From Gekko japonicus (taxonomy: Eukaryota): a stretch of DNA of 64,000 nucleotides. The notes beneath the pieces were generated by a model that was not told the origin of the DNA, made no database searches, and was given only the letters and a program-made list of their open reading frames with translations. How positions within the stretch are numbered: the stretch's first letter is position 1; each line of letters opens with the position of its first letter. This document shows positions 13,151-24,600 of the stretch, one piece after another. Where the stretch lies: positions 77,520 through 141,519 of the forward strand of contig NW_015173209.1 in the NCBI RefSeq assembly GCF_001447785.1. The letters run 5' to 3'. Made by a program: the position numbers and the translations under genes.

Positions 13151-13481
13151 GCAGACTTCCTTTTGGCAAATGACCATATTTTATTTTACTTAAACTATTA
13201 AGACCACTACATGGGATCCTGCTTTTTCACTCCATCTTACGCTATTATCTTCATATTACCATCACACATAGCTCTTACCCATGCAAGTTCTATTGTAGCT
13301 AGCACAGATTGTTTGGTGCCTCTCTTTTACACCACTGAAAAATCTGCTTGTATCCAGTTCTTGTGTGCCTTTCATGACTTTGTTACTGCAAAAGCCATTA
13401 TGATATAAGAGGAAAAACAGTGGTGCAAACCTAGTCTTTAGGACAATATGTTTTAACTTGTCTCTGGTAGCTTTACCCTTT

Positions 13482-14423
13482 TTAAACCCACCCTAAAGAA
13501 ACAGCTTTTCTATGTATGGCTCCGGTTAAGGTCTCTCTTACTTCCTTGTTCCGAAGGCTGTAGATCATTGGGTTAAGAAATGGAGCTATGACTGTGTAGA
13601 GGATGGACACCATCTTGTTGAGGTCAAAGGTTCCAATGGCCTTTGGTCGAGCATACATGAATATGGTGGTGGCATAGAACATAGAAACTACTGTCAAGTG
13701 TGAGACACAGGTAGAAAAGGCTTTATGTTTCCCTTTGGCAGAAGGGATTTTTGCAACTGCACAAAAAATGCATATGTAAGATGTTCCCGTCACAAGCAGT
13801 GAGGTCATCAGGACTGCTAGTGCCACCACAAAATCCAGCAACTCAATTGGTGAAGTGTCTGTGCATGACAGCCTCAACAAAGGAGAGAGGTCACAGAAGA
13901 AGTGTCTGATGGCATTTTTATTGCAAAACTGCAAATTGGAGATCATCACCACAGATGGAAAGGAAGCCAGGAAGCCACCTAGCCAGGAAGCTAGACTCAA
14001 AGTCATGAAGGCTGTATAGTTCATTAGTGATGCGTAATGCAATGGACAGCAAATGGCCAAATACCGGTCATAAGCCATTGTTGCCAAGAGGAAACATTCA
14101 GAAGAAGCCAAGGATAGGAAAAAATATAGCTGAGCAAGGCAGCCCCCCAAAGTGATGGTCTTCTCACCCAATAACAGATTGGAGAACAACTTGGGCATAG
14201 TTACTGAGACATAAAAGATTTCTAAAAGTGAGAGATTTCCTAGGAAGAAATACATTGGAGTGCGAAGGTGACTGTTCAACCAAATTGTCACAATCAGGAG
14301 GACATTTTCCAGAAGAGTTAAAAGGTAGATGGTGAAGAACAATGCAAACAATAACAGCTGATGCCGTGGGAGCTCAGGAAAACCCATAATGATGAATTCT
14401 AAGTGTGAGGTTGTGTTTTTCAT
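13482..14423 (-). CDS. Olfactory receptor, family 6 (OR6B1/OR6Q1-like), intact, 313 aa
   Basis: LRTPMYFFL, MAYDRYLAIC, HFFCD, KAFSTCVSHL, PFLNPMIYSLRNKEV; N-glycosylation sequon NTT. Confidence 0.95.
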   Translation of the reverse strand: MKNTTSHLEFIIMGFPELPRHQLLLFALFFTIYLLTLLENVLLIVTIWLNSHLRTPMYFFLGNLSLLEIFYVSVTMPKLFSNLLLGEKTITLGGCLAQLYFFLSLASSECFLLATMAYDRYLAICCPLHYASLMNYTAFMTLSLASWLGGFLASFPSVVMISNLQFCNKNAIRHFFCDLSPLLRLSCTDTSPIELLDFVVALAVLMTSLLVTGTSYICIFCAVAKIPSAKGKHKAFSTCVSHLTVVSMFYATTIFMYARPKAIGTFDLNKMVSILYTVIAPFLNPMIYSLRNKEVRETLTGAIHRKAVSLGWV

Positions 14424-14452
14424 TTTCTTGTGTGTCCTTTGTTACTTTCACT

Positions 14453-14654
14453 TGCACCTGGCTGGATGACCTTGGGCAAACCGTAGTCCTGATAAGACCT
14501 GTTCTTGAAAAAGAGCAGTTTCTGTCAAGAGCTCTCTCAGCCCCACCTACCTCACAGGGTGTCTGTTGTGGGGAGGGGAAGGGAAAGGAGTTTGTAAGCC
14601 ACTCTGAGACACCTTTGGGTAGTGAAGGGCGGGGTATAAATGCAATATCTTCTT
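14453..14654 (+). mobile_element. Ther1/Squam3-type SINE, 5'-truncated
   Basis: Matches the copy at 19835-20190; (TCT)n tail; flanked by CTTTCACT direct repeat. Confidence 0.85.
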
Positions 14655-15368
14655 CTTTCACTGTTAAGAAAAGAAAAGTACTTGCTATGGAAAAAAAAAC
14701 AAAATACAGTGTTGAGCATTTATGAAGTTGTTGATGGTCAATAAATTTAAAGACATAGTGGGAAGGAAAGGCAAAGGAATACATGTACTCAAATCTGAAA
14801 TAGTGCATTAAAAAATAAGTACTACATTTGGGGATGAATCCAACAACTCCCTTCCACAAAGTGAACAATCTTGCTGTAGCAGAAGGAACCTTGCTCTAGA
14901 AGAGTTCCATTTGGACAAATTTCCTTGCTTAGTGGAGGTGTGTTCTAACCTGGACGGCCCAGGCTAGCTTGATGTCATTCCTCACACTGTTTGTTCCATC
15001 CACTTTAAGACTTCTTGCCATACCAAGTCTATTTCTGCCACATCTTCATTTCTTTGGAGAGCAAAAAATCTTATATATAGACAGGAGCCTTTAATCTGAT
15101 CTTTAAAAAAGGTCTTCTCACATTTTCTTTTGCTTCCATAATTTAGCTAGAGTTAATCCAGCAGCTGTTATAACACAATTTTTTTTTAAAAAGACCACGT
15201 AATTTAACAAAAATAGTTCTTGGGTACTTTCAGTGCTATGTCTAATTCCTTTTGAAAGCATTATAGCTACTATTTGACAATATTTCCTTGCTCTAATGCA
15301 ATTTCACCACATGTGTCTAAAGCTTGCATGTGGTTCAACACAAGACTAGTAGTGGTCATTGAATACTT

Positions 15369-15620
15369 AGAATCATAGAATCATAGAATGTTAGAGTTGG
15401 AAGGGACCTTGCAGGTCATCGAGTCCAACCCCCTGCACTCTGCAGGAGCATAGCCGAAAGATAGCCCTACAACGTACCCAAAAGACGGTCGTCCAGCTTC
15501 CACTTAAAAACATCCAGCAAAGGAGCATCCACCACCTCCTGAGGCAGTCTGTTCCACTTCTCAACCACGATTACAGTTAGGAAGTTTCTCCTGATATTTA
15601 GCTGGTAACAACTCCCTTGT
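15369..15620 (-). mobile_element. CR1 LINE 3' end
   Basis: (ATTCTATG)n terminal repeat and gggttggactcgatgacc hairpin region on the minus strand. Confidence 0.88.
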
Positions 15621-16494
15621 ATATGTTCTTGCCAGTCTCACCAAAGAAAGATGCCACAGATACATGTTGATATATTTTCTCTTAAACCAACATAATACCC
15701 AAGTAGCACAAAAAGTTCCAAACCCTATTATTAATTTCATTCCCTAATTTGCATTGCCATTGTTAACATATTCCTGACCAGACATGCTATAGAATATAGA
15801 CAGAGCACCATCTCCATTTAAAATAATGATACATCCAAAGGTTGTCAATGCATTTTTTCCCCACTGGTATTCTGGCTATCTTGAACTCTGTAGATCACAG
15901 GTAACTCATACTGTGTCAATCATACTCTCCTTTTAATTGGTTATGTATCCAACTGGTTCATATTTCTGTTTATGATGTAACCGGTTGTTAGGATTAGCTT
16001 GCCTGCTTTATGAAAACGTGTATTAGAATTTTTCCATGGCATGGATTAGAAACTGTATATTTTGAGAATGAAAGGATTGGTCTTTGAAAAATAAGGAATC
16101 ACATCTTTGTATTGTTGATCTTTGATGAAGGAAATTATTAATCCAGAGAGTTTCATCAGCATTACCTTGTGAATACTTCTTTGATTGTATGTCTGAAAAA
16201 CAGAAGAACATGGAAATAAGGTAAAGCTTAGAATGGAACTGTAAAATACATTCTTCCTAACTCTGGGTGGAACATACCTTCTTTTAAAAATGTATGTAGA
16301 ACATTAAGACAAATTTGTTTACCTACCTTCATCTCTGTGTAACTCTGAAATTCCATAGATGTCCTCCTTCTGACCTCCATTAAAAAAGATGCACAATTTG
16401 AGAAAAGCCTTTTCAAATAATCCAGATTGTGGATCCTAATTATAGCTACCTCCTTATAAACCTTTGGGAATGTAAATCCTAACAGATTAAGAAA

Positions 16495-16530
16495 TTCTTA
16501 CCTCATTCATTACTTTTCCCTAGGGAAAAT
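16495..16530 (-). promoter_or_regulatory. Candidate homeodomain plus O/E (Ebf) composite site, next to a possible 5' UTR splice donor
   Basis: TCATTA at 16507-16512, palindromic TCCCTAGGGA at 16517-16526; AG|GTAAGA on the minus strand near 16501. Confidence 0.45.
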
Positions 16531-16792
16531 TCTTCCCATCTTATACCAATTTGTTAATAAGTCTACCAGGATATCTGGGTAAGGCCCTTAATGGCCCATG
16601 AAGTAAGCATAATTTTTCCTCCTCCCTTCTTTTCTGCCTTTCTTTGCCACTCTACAGAAATGAGAGAACATATTTATAGTTACAGTGACACCAGTGGGGC
16701 AGACCATTTACCACATTATGGTTCACATGAGTGGACCACATGAGTTGGGTATAGGGCCAGTGTAACTGCCATACTTGAGTTCCTCTATTCCC

Positions 16793-18706
16793 CCCTTCCC
16801 CCCCCTTTTATTTTTAAGCCCCTGGAGGGGATTTTTTATTTTTATTTTTCAAACTACAAAAACTATCACAGAAAAGGGAAGGGGGACTACATATACGGGA
16901 CAAAGTATACAAACCCACTACTGACTAAAAACCCAAGATAAGAGATCCTCACTAGCTTAATTACATCAAGTCTTCACTTCATTTAGATCAATATAAACGG
17001 AGTCAGACATTTCAGTACTTTTTCCTTTTCATTAACTCTTAAAACTTAACTGTCTAAGAACAGTACCCCCCAGTCATCCCCATTCACAGTTCTCAAAGGC
17101 ACAATTCAGAGTCTTTCAGCCTTTACTTCTCATTTCCTCATCTCTTCTGCAGCTTATAAGGACTTTTGGGGGCAGCTGCCCCTTGCTCCGTCATCTCCGG
17201 AAGAACCCGAGTCCAGCTCACCACTAGACTTGCTGTCCTCTTCTTTTCCCCCATCCTCTGGTCTTCCCAGTTGAACCCTTAGAAATTCTTGGGCTTTCAG
17301 AACAGAGTCAATCTTTTCTTTTTTATCCTTAAACTTGAAAGTAACACATTCTGGAAATAGCCATTTATATTCAATTGAGTTTTTCTGAAGGAAAAGCACA
17401 AGCTCTTTGTACTTCTTCTCTGTTGTCTTGCTTCAAATGGAATATCCTTTAGCGTTCTGATAGTATTTCCCCCCACTTTCAGTGGTACTCCAGAAACCGC
17501 TTTCAGGATTGCATCCCTCACATGCCTTCTCAGGCAGATTATTTTTCTTTATATAGCCTGAATATGCTTGATAGACCACACCCATATCGCTCAGCAATGC
17601 TTCTGCCTTCATTTCTGTCACTGGGGCTAGCAATTCACTCATAACTTCTTTAAGATTCTCTCCCGATTTTTCCAGCATTCCCTGTAAGTGAAGAATCATA
17701 TTAGCCTTTTCCATTTGCACTTGTAACAGTTGGTCTTCCATGGAGATTTGTTTTCTTTCCAGCTTTTGCACTTTCTTCTTCACCTTCTGTGTAGTTGCAG
17801 CCACTTCCTTTACCTTCTCAGTATCTTGCTTCATTATTTGCAGCATATCATTTATCTGAGTTTGTTGAGCAGTAATTCTTTGAGTTACTACAGACATCTG
17901 TTCCTTGAAGTTATTCAGCTGTTCCAGCAGAAGACGCATATACTCTGCTATAGCCTTAGCCACCTCACTGGTAGCTTCCGTTTTGGGGCTCTCCAGTTTC
18001 GCTTTCAAAAGTTTTTCTCTGTCCTTCTTCCCCACCATCTTTATTGATTGTTTACTTTCACTATTTTTTTACAAGTCTCTGAATATGCACTTGACCTCTT
18101 AGATTCACTTTGGTAAGTACTTCTTGACAGTTTTCTTCACGTTTTCTTCCGCTCCCCCCCTCTCAGTCACTCAAAAAATCATGTGCTTGGGAGGCGTCCC
18201 TCCCCCGCTCGCCTTTTTCCTGTTCAGTGGGGTGGGGTGGGGAGCTAGCCTTTTCCCTTTAAAAACGCTTTAAAGCTGACTCACGTTCATAATTGGTCAT
18301 TCGACCTTGCTTTCAGCTTCATTTCTGATGCTCGATCTCCCATGCTTGCCCCGGTCAGCGTCATTAAATCTCTCATAGTTGTTTGTTTTCAAAGTTATTG
18401 TTCCACAACAAATTGGTTATACTTATGTTACTATGTACTTCAAAATGTGGACATAAAAATAATTTTCAAAAAAAATATTAAATCTCTCACAGCACGGAGA
18501 ACCATCGGAACGAAGAGGTGCCTCAATTCTCTGGCATTCCGCCCTCGAAGAGGCAGCCTCTTAGAAGTTCCATGGCCAGAGTCCCTTCCCCGGGTCTCTG
18601 GGGAGGTAAGCAAGCCTGCGCACCCCCTCCTTTGGCTGGAGCATAGCTTCACCCCTGGGAGGTCCAGGAGGTGAGTCTGCTAGCATGCCGCCATAAACCG
18701 GAAGTC
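16793..18706 (-). mobile_element. ORF1-only L1-derived element (HAL1-like), full length about 1.9 kb
   Basis: 5' end GACTTCCGGTTTATGGCGGC; frameshifted ORF1; A-rich 3' end; 16-bp TSD GAGTTCCTCTATTCCC at 16777-16792 and 18707-18722; no room for ORF2. Confidence 0.82.
17154..18038 (-). pseudogene. L1-type ORF1 protein, two frameshifts
   Basis: Three overlapping ORFs: coiled coil, NMILHLQGMLE (cf. NNLRIRGLPE), KDIPFEARQQR, YKWLFP, KIDSVLKAQEFL. Confidence 0.78.
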
Positions 18707-19214
18707 GAGTTCCTCTATTCCCACATGTATGTTGCCCAATTCAGAGAGGGACAATGATGCAAATGGCTATGAGGCCCCAATCTTCTTCCTCGTTCTTTTT
18801 TTCCTAAGCTGAAATGAATGATTGGAGGGGTAGCATTACTGGAGATGGTGGGAAAACCCTCATGAACACACATGATTCCCCAATAGCAAGATGGGTTTCC
18901 CCAAGGTATTGTTTTTTTCAGTCTCATATCTTTCAAAGGAGAAAGATTCCTGTACCAGTTCAACCGGTTTTCTGAGAATCTTCAATCCTCTTGTGTAGAG
19001 TAGAGATATCCCCCCCATCCATGCACAAATAATGCTTAACAATACAAAATTTGCAAAATCTATTTTTAAAAAAACTCAGGATCTTAAATCTGCAGCCCCT
19101 TCAACATCATTACAGGCAACCCATTCAGAAGGGAACATACATTTTGTTTTATTTTGGAGACTACTTTAGCCTGACACTTTCAAGTTCACTAAGGCTACAC
19201 ACATACACACCGAT

Positions 19215-19410
19215 AAGGGTAGCCTAGGCTAGCCTGATCTTGTCAGACCTCAGAAAATAAGCAGGGTCAGTTCTGGTCAGAATTTGGACATGAGCCCACC
19301 AAGGAATACCAGGGTCCCTATGCAGAGGAAGAAAACAGCAAACCACCTCTGAATATCTCTTGCCTTGAAAATGATATCGGACATAATAAGCCAGCTGCAA
19401 CTTGACAGCA
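19215..19410 (+). mobile_element. 5S rRNA-derived SINE with RTE-like tail
   Basis: gcctgatcttgtcagacctcagaaaataagcagggtc...ggaataccaggg then aaaccacctctg...cttgccttgaaaa...gcaacttgacagca. Confidence 0.72.
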
Positions 19411-19834
19411 GAAAAGGAAAATGTGCAAAACCCATTTCTGAGATCCTAAATGAGCAGTAATACTGACTGCATTGCAAGTAGTGTGCGTTTTTCCCCTCAT
19501 CAGTTGTGCTGTGGGTTCTGTTGGAGTGATATGGTTATTATCTAAGTCACCACAGTACTAGAGAAGTTCAGGTCCAGGGGCAGAATCCTGGCAGTCCAAT
19601 CCCAAGCAGAGTGATCACCTTCTAAGCCTTGAATGGATTTAAACAGGTAAAGCTGGCTTGGGATTGCACTGAAAGCCTTGATTTTGCTTTTTTCCCATTG
19701 CTATTTTCCATTGTGGAGGGTCTTCTGCTATGAAGCATGACCTTCTGGTGGTAGAAACCTTCACTCACACAATGCTACCATTTTCCATCAGCTAAAAAGC
19801 ACCTAGGAACAGGTGAAGTTTCTGTACAGCAGAT

Positions 19835-20190
19835 GAAAAAGAAGAAGAAGAGGAGGAGGAGGAGGAGGAGGAAAAAGAGGAGGAGGAAAAAAAGGAGGAG
19901 GAAAAAGAGGAGGAGGAGGAGATTGGATTTATACCCCGCCCTTCACTACCCAAAGGTGTCTCAGAGCAGCTTACAAACTCCTTTCCCTTCCCCTCCTCAC
20001 AACAGACACCTTGTGAGTTAGGTGGGGCTGAGAGAGTTCTTGACAGAAACTGCTCTTTTTCAAGGACAGCTCTTATCAGAACTATGGTTTGCCCAAGGTC
20101 ATCCAGCCAGGTGCAAGTGGAGGAATGGGGAATCAAACCCAGTTCTCCCAGATTAGAGTCTGCGCACTTAACCACTACACTAAACTGGCC
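19835..20190 (-). mobile_element. Ther1/Squam3-type SINE, full length with expanded (TCC/TCT)n tail
   Basis: Head ccagtttagtgtagtggttaag...gggtttgattcccc (A and B boxes); matches four other copies in the window. Confidence 0.88.
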
Positions 20191-20329
20191 CAGAGATACT
20201 TATGATCTCTCAGTAAATTTAGTGTCTGCTGTCTGAATTCTTATTAAGCCACAAGAGATGATTTTCTTTATTTTAACAAAGCAGTGGTAAAGTCTCAAGG
20301 GGCATCCTTCGTACTTCTTTTCATAAATT

Positions 20330-20532
20330 TATTCACTTTACTGATGTCCCGCCTTTCTCCCCAAAGGGAACCCAAAGCAGTTTAGATTGTTCTCCTCTGC
20401 TCCATTTTATCCCCACAACAATCCTGTGAGGTAGGCTAGGCTGAGACTTTGCAACTTGCTCCAGGTCATCCAGCAAGCTTCCATGGTAGAGTGGGGGTTT
20501 GAATTTGGGTTTCCCATATTCTAGTCCAACAC
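20330..20532 (-). mobile_element. Older MIR/Ther1-like SINE
   Basis: ccccacaacaatcctgtgaggtagg core and B-box remnant. Confidence 0.65.
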
Positions 20533-20623
20533 TTCCTTTCTCCCCCCTCCTTTTCCCCCCTCCCAAATATTTTATTAAGATTTTCAAATCACAATCAATA
20601 AAACGTTCAATTGAACAAACATA

Positions 20624-21112
20624 GGCTGAATTCAGACTGGCAGTTTGAAGCATGAGGGAGTCCCGGTCACACTGCGTGACTGATGCGGGAGCATACCGGG
20701 GCGGAGGCACAAGGGAGCATTCACACTGTTGGCCCAGAGGCACGGTTGTAGCAGCTACGTGCGTGTGTGCGCTCACTGTTGGCCCAGAGGCACGGTTGTA
20801 GCGGCTTTCCCTGGTAATCCAGCTACTTGCACGTGTGCATTCATGTGCATAGGCACATCCCTACTGGATCGCGGCTTTTAACGTTCATACTTCCAGAAAG
20901 CAGGATAGATGCGGGATAATCACACTTTCCAGGGTTTGCTACCACTTTCACCAGGTATCTTTTAAAATCGGGAGGGAAGCATTACGAGATGAGTTGAGTA
21001 CGGGTGGGGAATGCCAGACAGATGTGCCTGTGTGAACGGCCCCTTTAATCCAGTTGTGAAACGTTTCTGGCTTGCATTTATATCGTGGCAAACTGCCAGT
21101 CTGAACTCAGCC
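20624..21112. mobile_element. Harbinger-like MITE, same family as 6399-6899
   Basis: TIRs ggctgaattcagactggcagttt / aaactgccagtctgaactcagcc; TSD ATA; internal about 50-bp duplication. Confidence 0.82.
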
Positions 21113-21539
21113 ATAGAGAAGTAAAAATAGAATACAACATAATTATCAACATTGTCCAACACTTTAAGAACTACTACACCATGCTGATGTACATACATAA
21201 AATTGTATTTGTATATTTCGCACATACAAAATAATCAAGTTATGTATCTAGACTTGAGCTGTATAATTGAAGAAAGGAAGTTACAGTTGAGTAAATACTT
21301 GTAGTAACTTTTTGTATTTTAACATATAAATAGCTTAAATAGAAGGTTGATCAGAAGTAAAGTGAATATTTAAAAAACAGTCAGATTTGGCATTTCAGAG
21401 CAGATATAGTCCAGTATCATATCATGTAACCTGTGCAGAATACACCAATCTAAGCCTATTGATTTTATTGTACTTAGATGGGAATAATTTACAGAGGATT
21501 GTACTGTAAAAGACTGTGAGGGCCCTGTCCCCTCCTCCA

Positions 21540-22000
21540 GCTGAGAATCCCTTCGTAATTGGAGCTCCCATCTTATTTTGGAGTTAGGCTGTAAAAGGGG
21601 GTGCCTGTTAAAACAACTAAGTGCCAAGGGGACCTAGGGAGTCTCATAGGCACCTAGGTTATGCCATGACATTAACAATTCCTGGGGACATAAAGAGGAC
21701 AGGGTTTGCTGGCATCACAAACTGATTCAGGGCACTCTCCTCCAGCTCAGGGTTCTCAGTAACAACAAGAGTTCACTTCATTCTCAGTAACAAAAGACTT
21801 TTCAATACTGGGATATCCTGGCATATTCCAGAGCTGCCTGCCCAGCCCAAGGAAGTTGCTATTGCATTAACAAATGTCCAGTTCCTCTTTTCTCCCCTTA
21901 AAAAAAAAAACTCAATCAAAAAGGGCATTCATGTCATTAATTTATGCTCCATCCTTTTTCAGTCAGGAACTAATTAAAATACATTAATCATATTCCAGGC
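21540..22000. promoter_or_regulatory. Candidate OR enhancer: cluster of O/E-like and homeodomain motifs
   Basis: GACCTAGGGA 21631, TTCCTGGGGA 21679, TGCCAAGGGG 21622, several TAATTR/CATTA sites. Confidence 0.35.
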
Positions 22001-22030
22001 TCTTTGTGCCCATGCAGATTTGGGTCACAA

Positions 22031-22240
22031 TATTTATTTATTTATTTATTTTTATTATTTTATTTTATTCAATTTATACCCCGCCCTCCCTGCTGCGCGG
22101 GCTCAGGGCGGCTCACAAAGGGGCCTGCGCCAATATAAAACATATTTAAAATCATTTAAGATCACTACAGTACAAATAAAATCACATTAACCAATTACTA
22201 AATAATGTGCTCTAGATATTATTTCGCAAGCTGGCGTATT
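22031..22240 (-). mobile_element. L2-clade LINE 3' end
   Basis: (TTTA)n then tataccccgccctcc...gctcagggcggctcaca, the reverse complement of the 3' end near 1071-1136. Confidence 0.75.
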
Positions 22241-22482
22241 TCACTGCTCTATTTCCACTGCTCTATTCCTCAGCATCATCTGCTCCGGGAACCACTGATG
22301 TTCCCTCTTCCAGGGCCAGGTTAAGATAGACAATAGTGATGGTAGTCGTCTAATCAATAGTATTTTTCCTACTAAAATTTGACAGCAGATAACTTTAAAC
22401 CAGCAGTGAGATTCAAACTTTACATTTTGGGAAATCAGGTTCTTGAGAAAGTGGTCTTTCCCATAAAAAGACCATCCCAACT

Positions 22483-23914
22483 GGCTTCCGGTTTGATATC
22501 TGTGAATGGTGGTCACTTCTTCGGGAGCCTAAAATTTGACAGCAGATAACTTTAAACCAGCAGTGAGATTCAAACTTTACATTTTGGGAAATCAGGTTCT
22601 TGAGAAAGTGGCTTCCCATGTCTAGCTATGGGACTCTTGCGCACAGGGGTTGTGCCTTTTTACCGGCCGGATGGTCGGAAATTGAGGCTCACCGCATGCC
22701 CCAATGGCTCTTGCTGCGGCAATGCCCCGCATGGGGACTAGCAGACGCACCGGGTGTCACTGAGTGCTGAAGCGAAGAAGTTAAAGCATGGAAAAAGTGA
22801 TAAGCGGCTAACCGTGAGTTGGAGATTGAATTTAAAGTTAACGGCATATAAGCACTCCGTCCCCCGGGAAAGTGAAAGGGAGGAGGGAGAATTCCCCCCC
22901 CCCCACTGAATAAAGAGACTTGTTGAAAGCAGAAAGGAGGGGCGAAGTGGAGTTTGAAAAAAAATTGTTACCTTTTGGGAGTGTCTTGAAAACGGAGAGG
23001 AGGGAGGGATCCCCAAGCTGCGCAGCACGAACTTTTAAAAAGTAAACAAAAGCTGAAAATGGCGGTGCCGAAAAAGTTTCTGGAGAAGCAGACAAAGAAG
23101 GTAGGAGCTGCTTCCAGTCTTAGCCCCTCCCCTGCAGGGGCTGCTGCAAGCCAGCAGGAAAGTGAGATACTGTGCCCTCTGCTGGCTGAATTGCAGAAGA
23201 TCAACCAGAAGCTGGATAGCATGGAAAGTGCTTATAATATTCAACAAAAAAAATAAATGAATGAGACAGCCAAGACGGTGGATGAAATTGNNNNNNNNNN
23301 NNNNNNNNNNNNNNNNNNNNNNNNNNNNNNNNNNNNNNNNNNNNNNNNNNNNNNNNNNNNNNNNNNNNNNNNNNNNNNNNNNNNNNNNNNNNNNNNNNNN
23401 NNNNNNNNNNNNNNNAAGACAGAAGAGAGAAGATTGATTCCATCTTCAAGGCTCATGACTTTTTGAAGAAGCACGCCAGGGCAGAGGATGAGGCAGAACT
23501 CGTTAAATGGATGGCAGGAACAAGCGAGGATGGCAGCAGTTCAGAGGGAGAGGTGAAAGACGAGGAAGACAAAGGAGCGGCTGGAGGTCCAAAGTATTTC
23601 CTGAGAAACAAAAAAGGGAAGCACCCCAATGCTTGAAGATTGGTTCGGAAAGCGCACTAAAAGATAATACTAACCCCAAAGGGACACTACTAATACATTA
23701 ATTGACCGATTTTGAAAGGTACAGAAGAAACGAAATCATCCAACTGATGAAGAAAACTTTGACTTTGACTTTACTAATAAAAGATTAACATACTAATTTC
23801 TAACATCACTCAACACTTTTCTTTGTCCCGCTATATACCCTCCGTATTTTTCTGTAATGTTAAAGCGAAAAAATTCTCTCTTTTTTAGGAGAGGGAATTA
23901 AAAAAAAAAAAAAA
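22483..23914 (+). mobile_element. Second ORF1-only L1-derived element (HAL1-like), interrupted by a gap
   Basis: 5' GGCTTCCGG; ORF1 start MAVPKK at 23059; C-terminus ..EKIDSIFKAHDFL..HPNA* ends 23636; poly(A) 23900-23914; TSD AAAAGACCATCCCAACT. Confidence 0.75.
23291..23415. other. Assembly gap
   Basis: Run of N. Confidence 1.
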
Positions 23915-24302
23915 GACCATCCCAACTCAGTGGAAAATGTGCCAGGTTTGCCATTGCAAAGACCATCCCAACTCAGTGGAAAATGTGCCAGGTTTGCCAT
24001 TGCCAGGTTTGCCATTGCAACTGCACTGCAGGCTCCTCCCCAAGCCTCAAACCCAGGATTTCAGGTTGTATGCTCCTCCCCTTAACTTCCAAATTTCCTC
24101 CCTTTTCCTTTTTAACAAGTGTGCCCTCCTGATGATGTGTGTTTGTGTGTGGCTACTGAGGGCATTATTTCTCAGGTGCTTAGTGTAGGTTCTCTTTACA
24201 TTTGTACTTGTTTTATTTTATTTCGTATAAAATAAAATTGCCTATGTCTACAATCATTCACTTCCTTCCTTCCTAATTTTAATGTGTGGTACCCCTACTG
24301 AG

Positions 24303-24600
24303 TAGGAATGGGCACAGATCAGGAAAATGCAGTGCATGATTATTCATGGTGTGTCAGTTTGTGAACCACGAACTATCATGAACTTTTAAGAGCCAAATGA
24401 ACTGGTGAGGTTTGTGAGGTTTGTGATGTAGTGGAACCTCCCCCAGGATGCTAGAGACACCAAATTGGCAGGTGATCTTCAGCTGACTCTCCTCCATGTC
24501 CCCTCCAAGTTCGGTGAGGATTGTATTTACAGGGACTGAGTTATGCCCCCCAAAACAAAGTGCACCCATCCTCCATTTTTCCAGTGTAGGGGGGAAACAA
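24303..24600. mobile_element. Degraded DNA-transposon end (TAGGGATGGGCA-type)
   Basis: taggaatgggcac...gtgaaccacgaac resembles tagggatgggcatg...atgaaccacaaac at 61943. Confidence 0.45.

Noticed and set aside
15620-16480. L1 ORF2 remnant belonging to the HAL1-like element
   Set aside because: Lies outside the TSD and shows no convincing RT motifs
19792-20175. Poly-Lys/Arg and poly-Ser ORFs
   Set aside because: Translations of a SINE microsatellite tail
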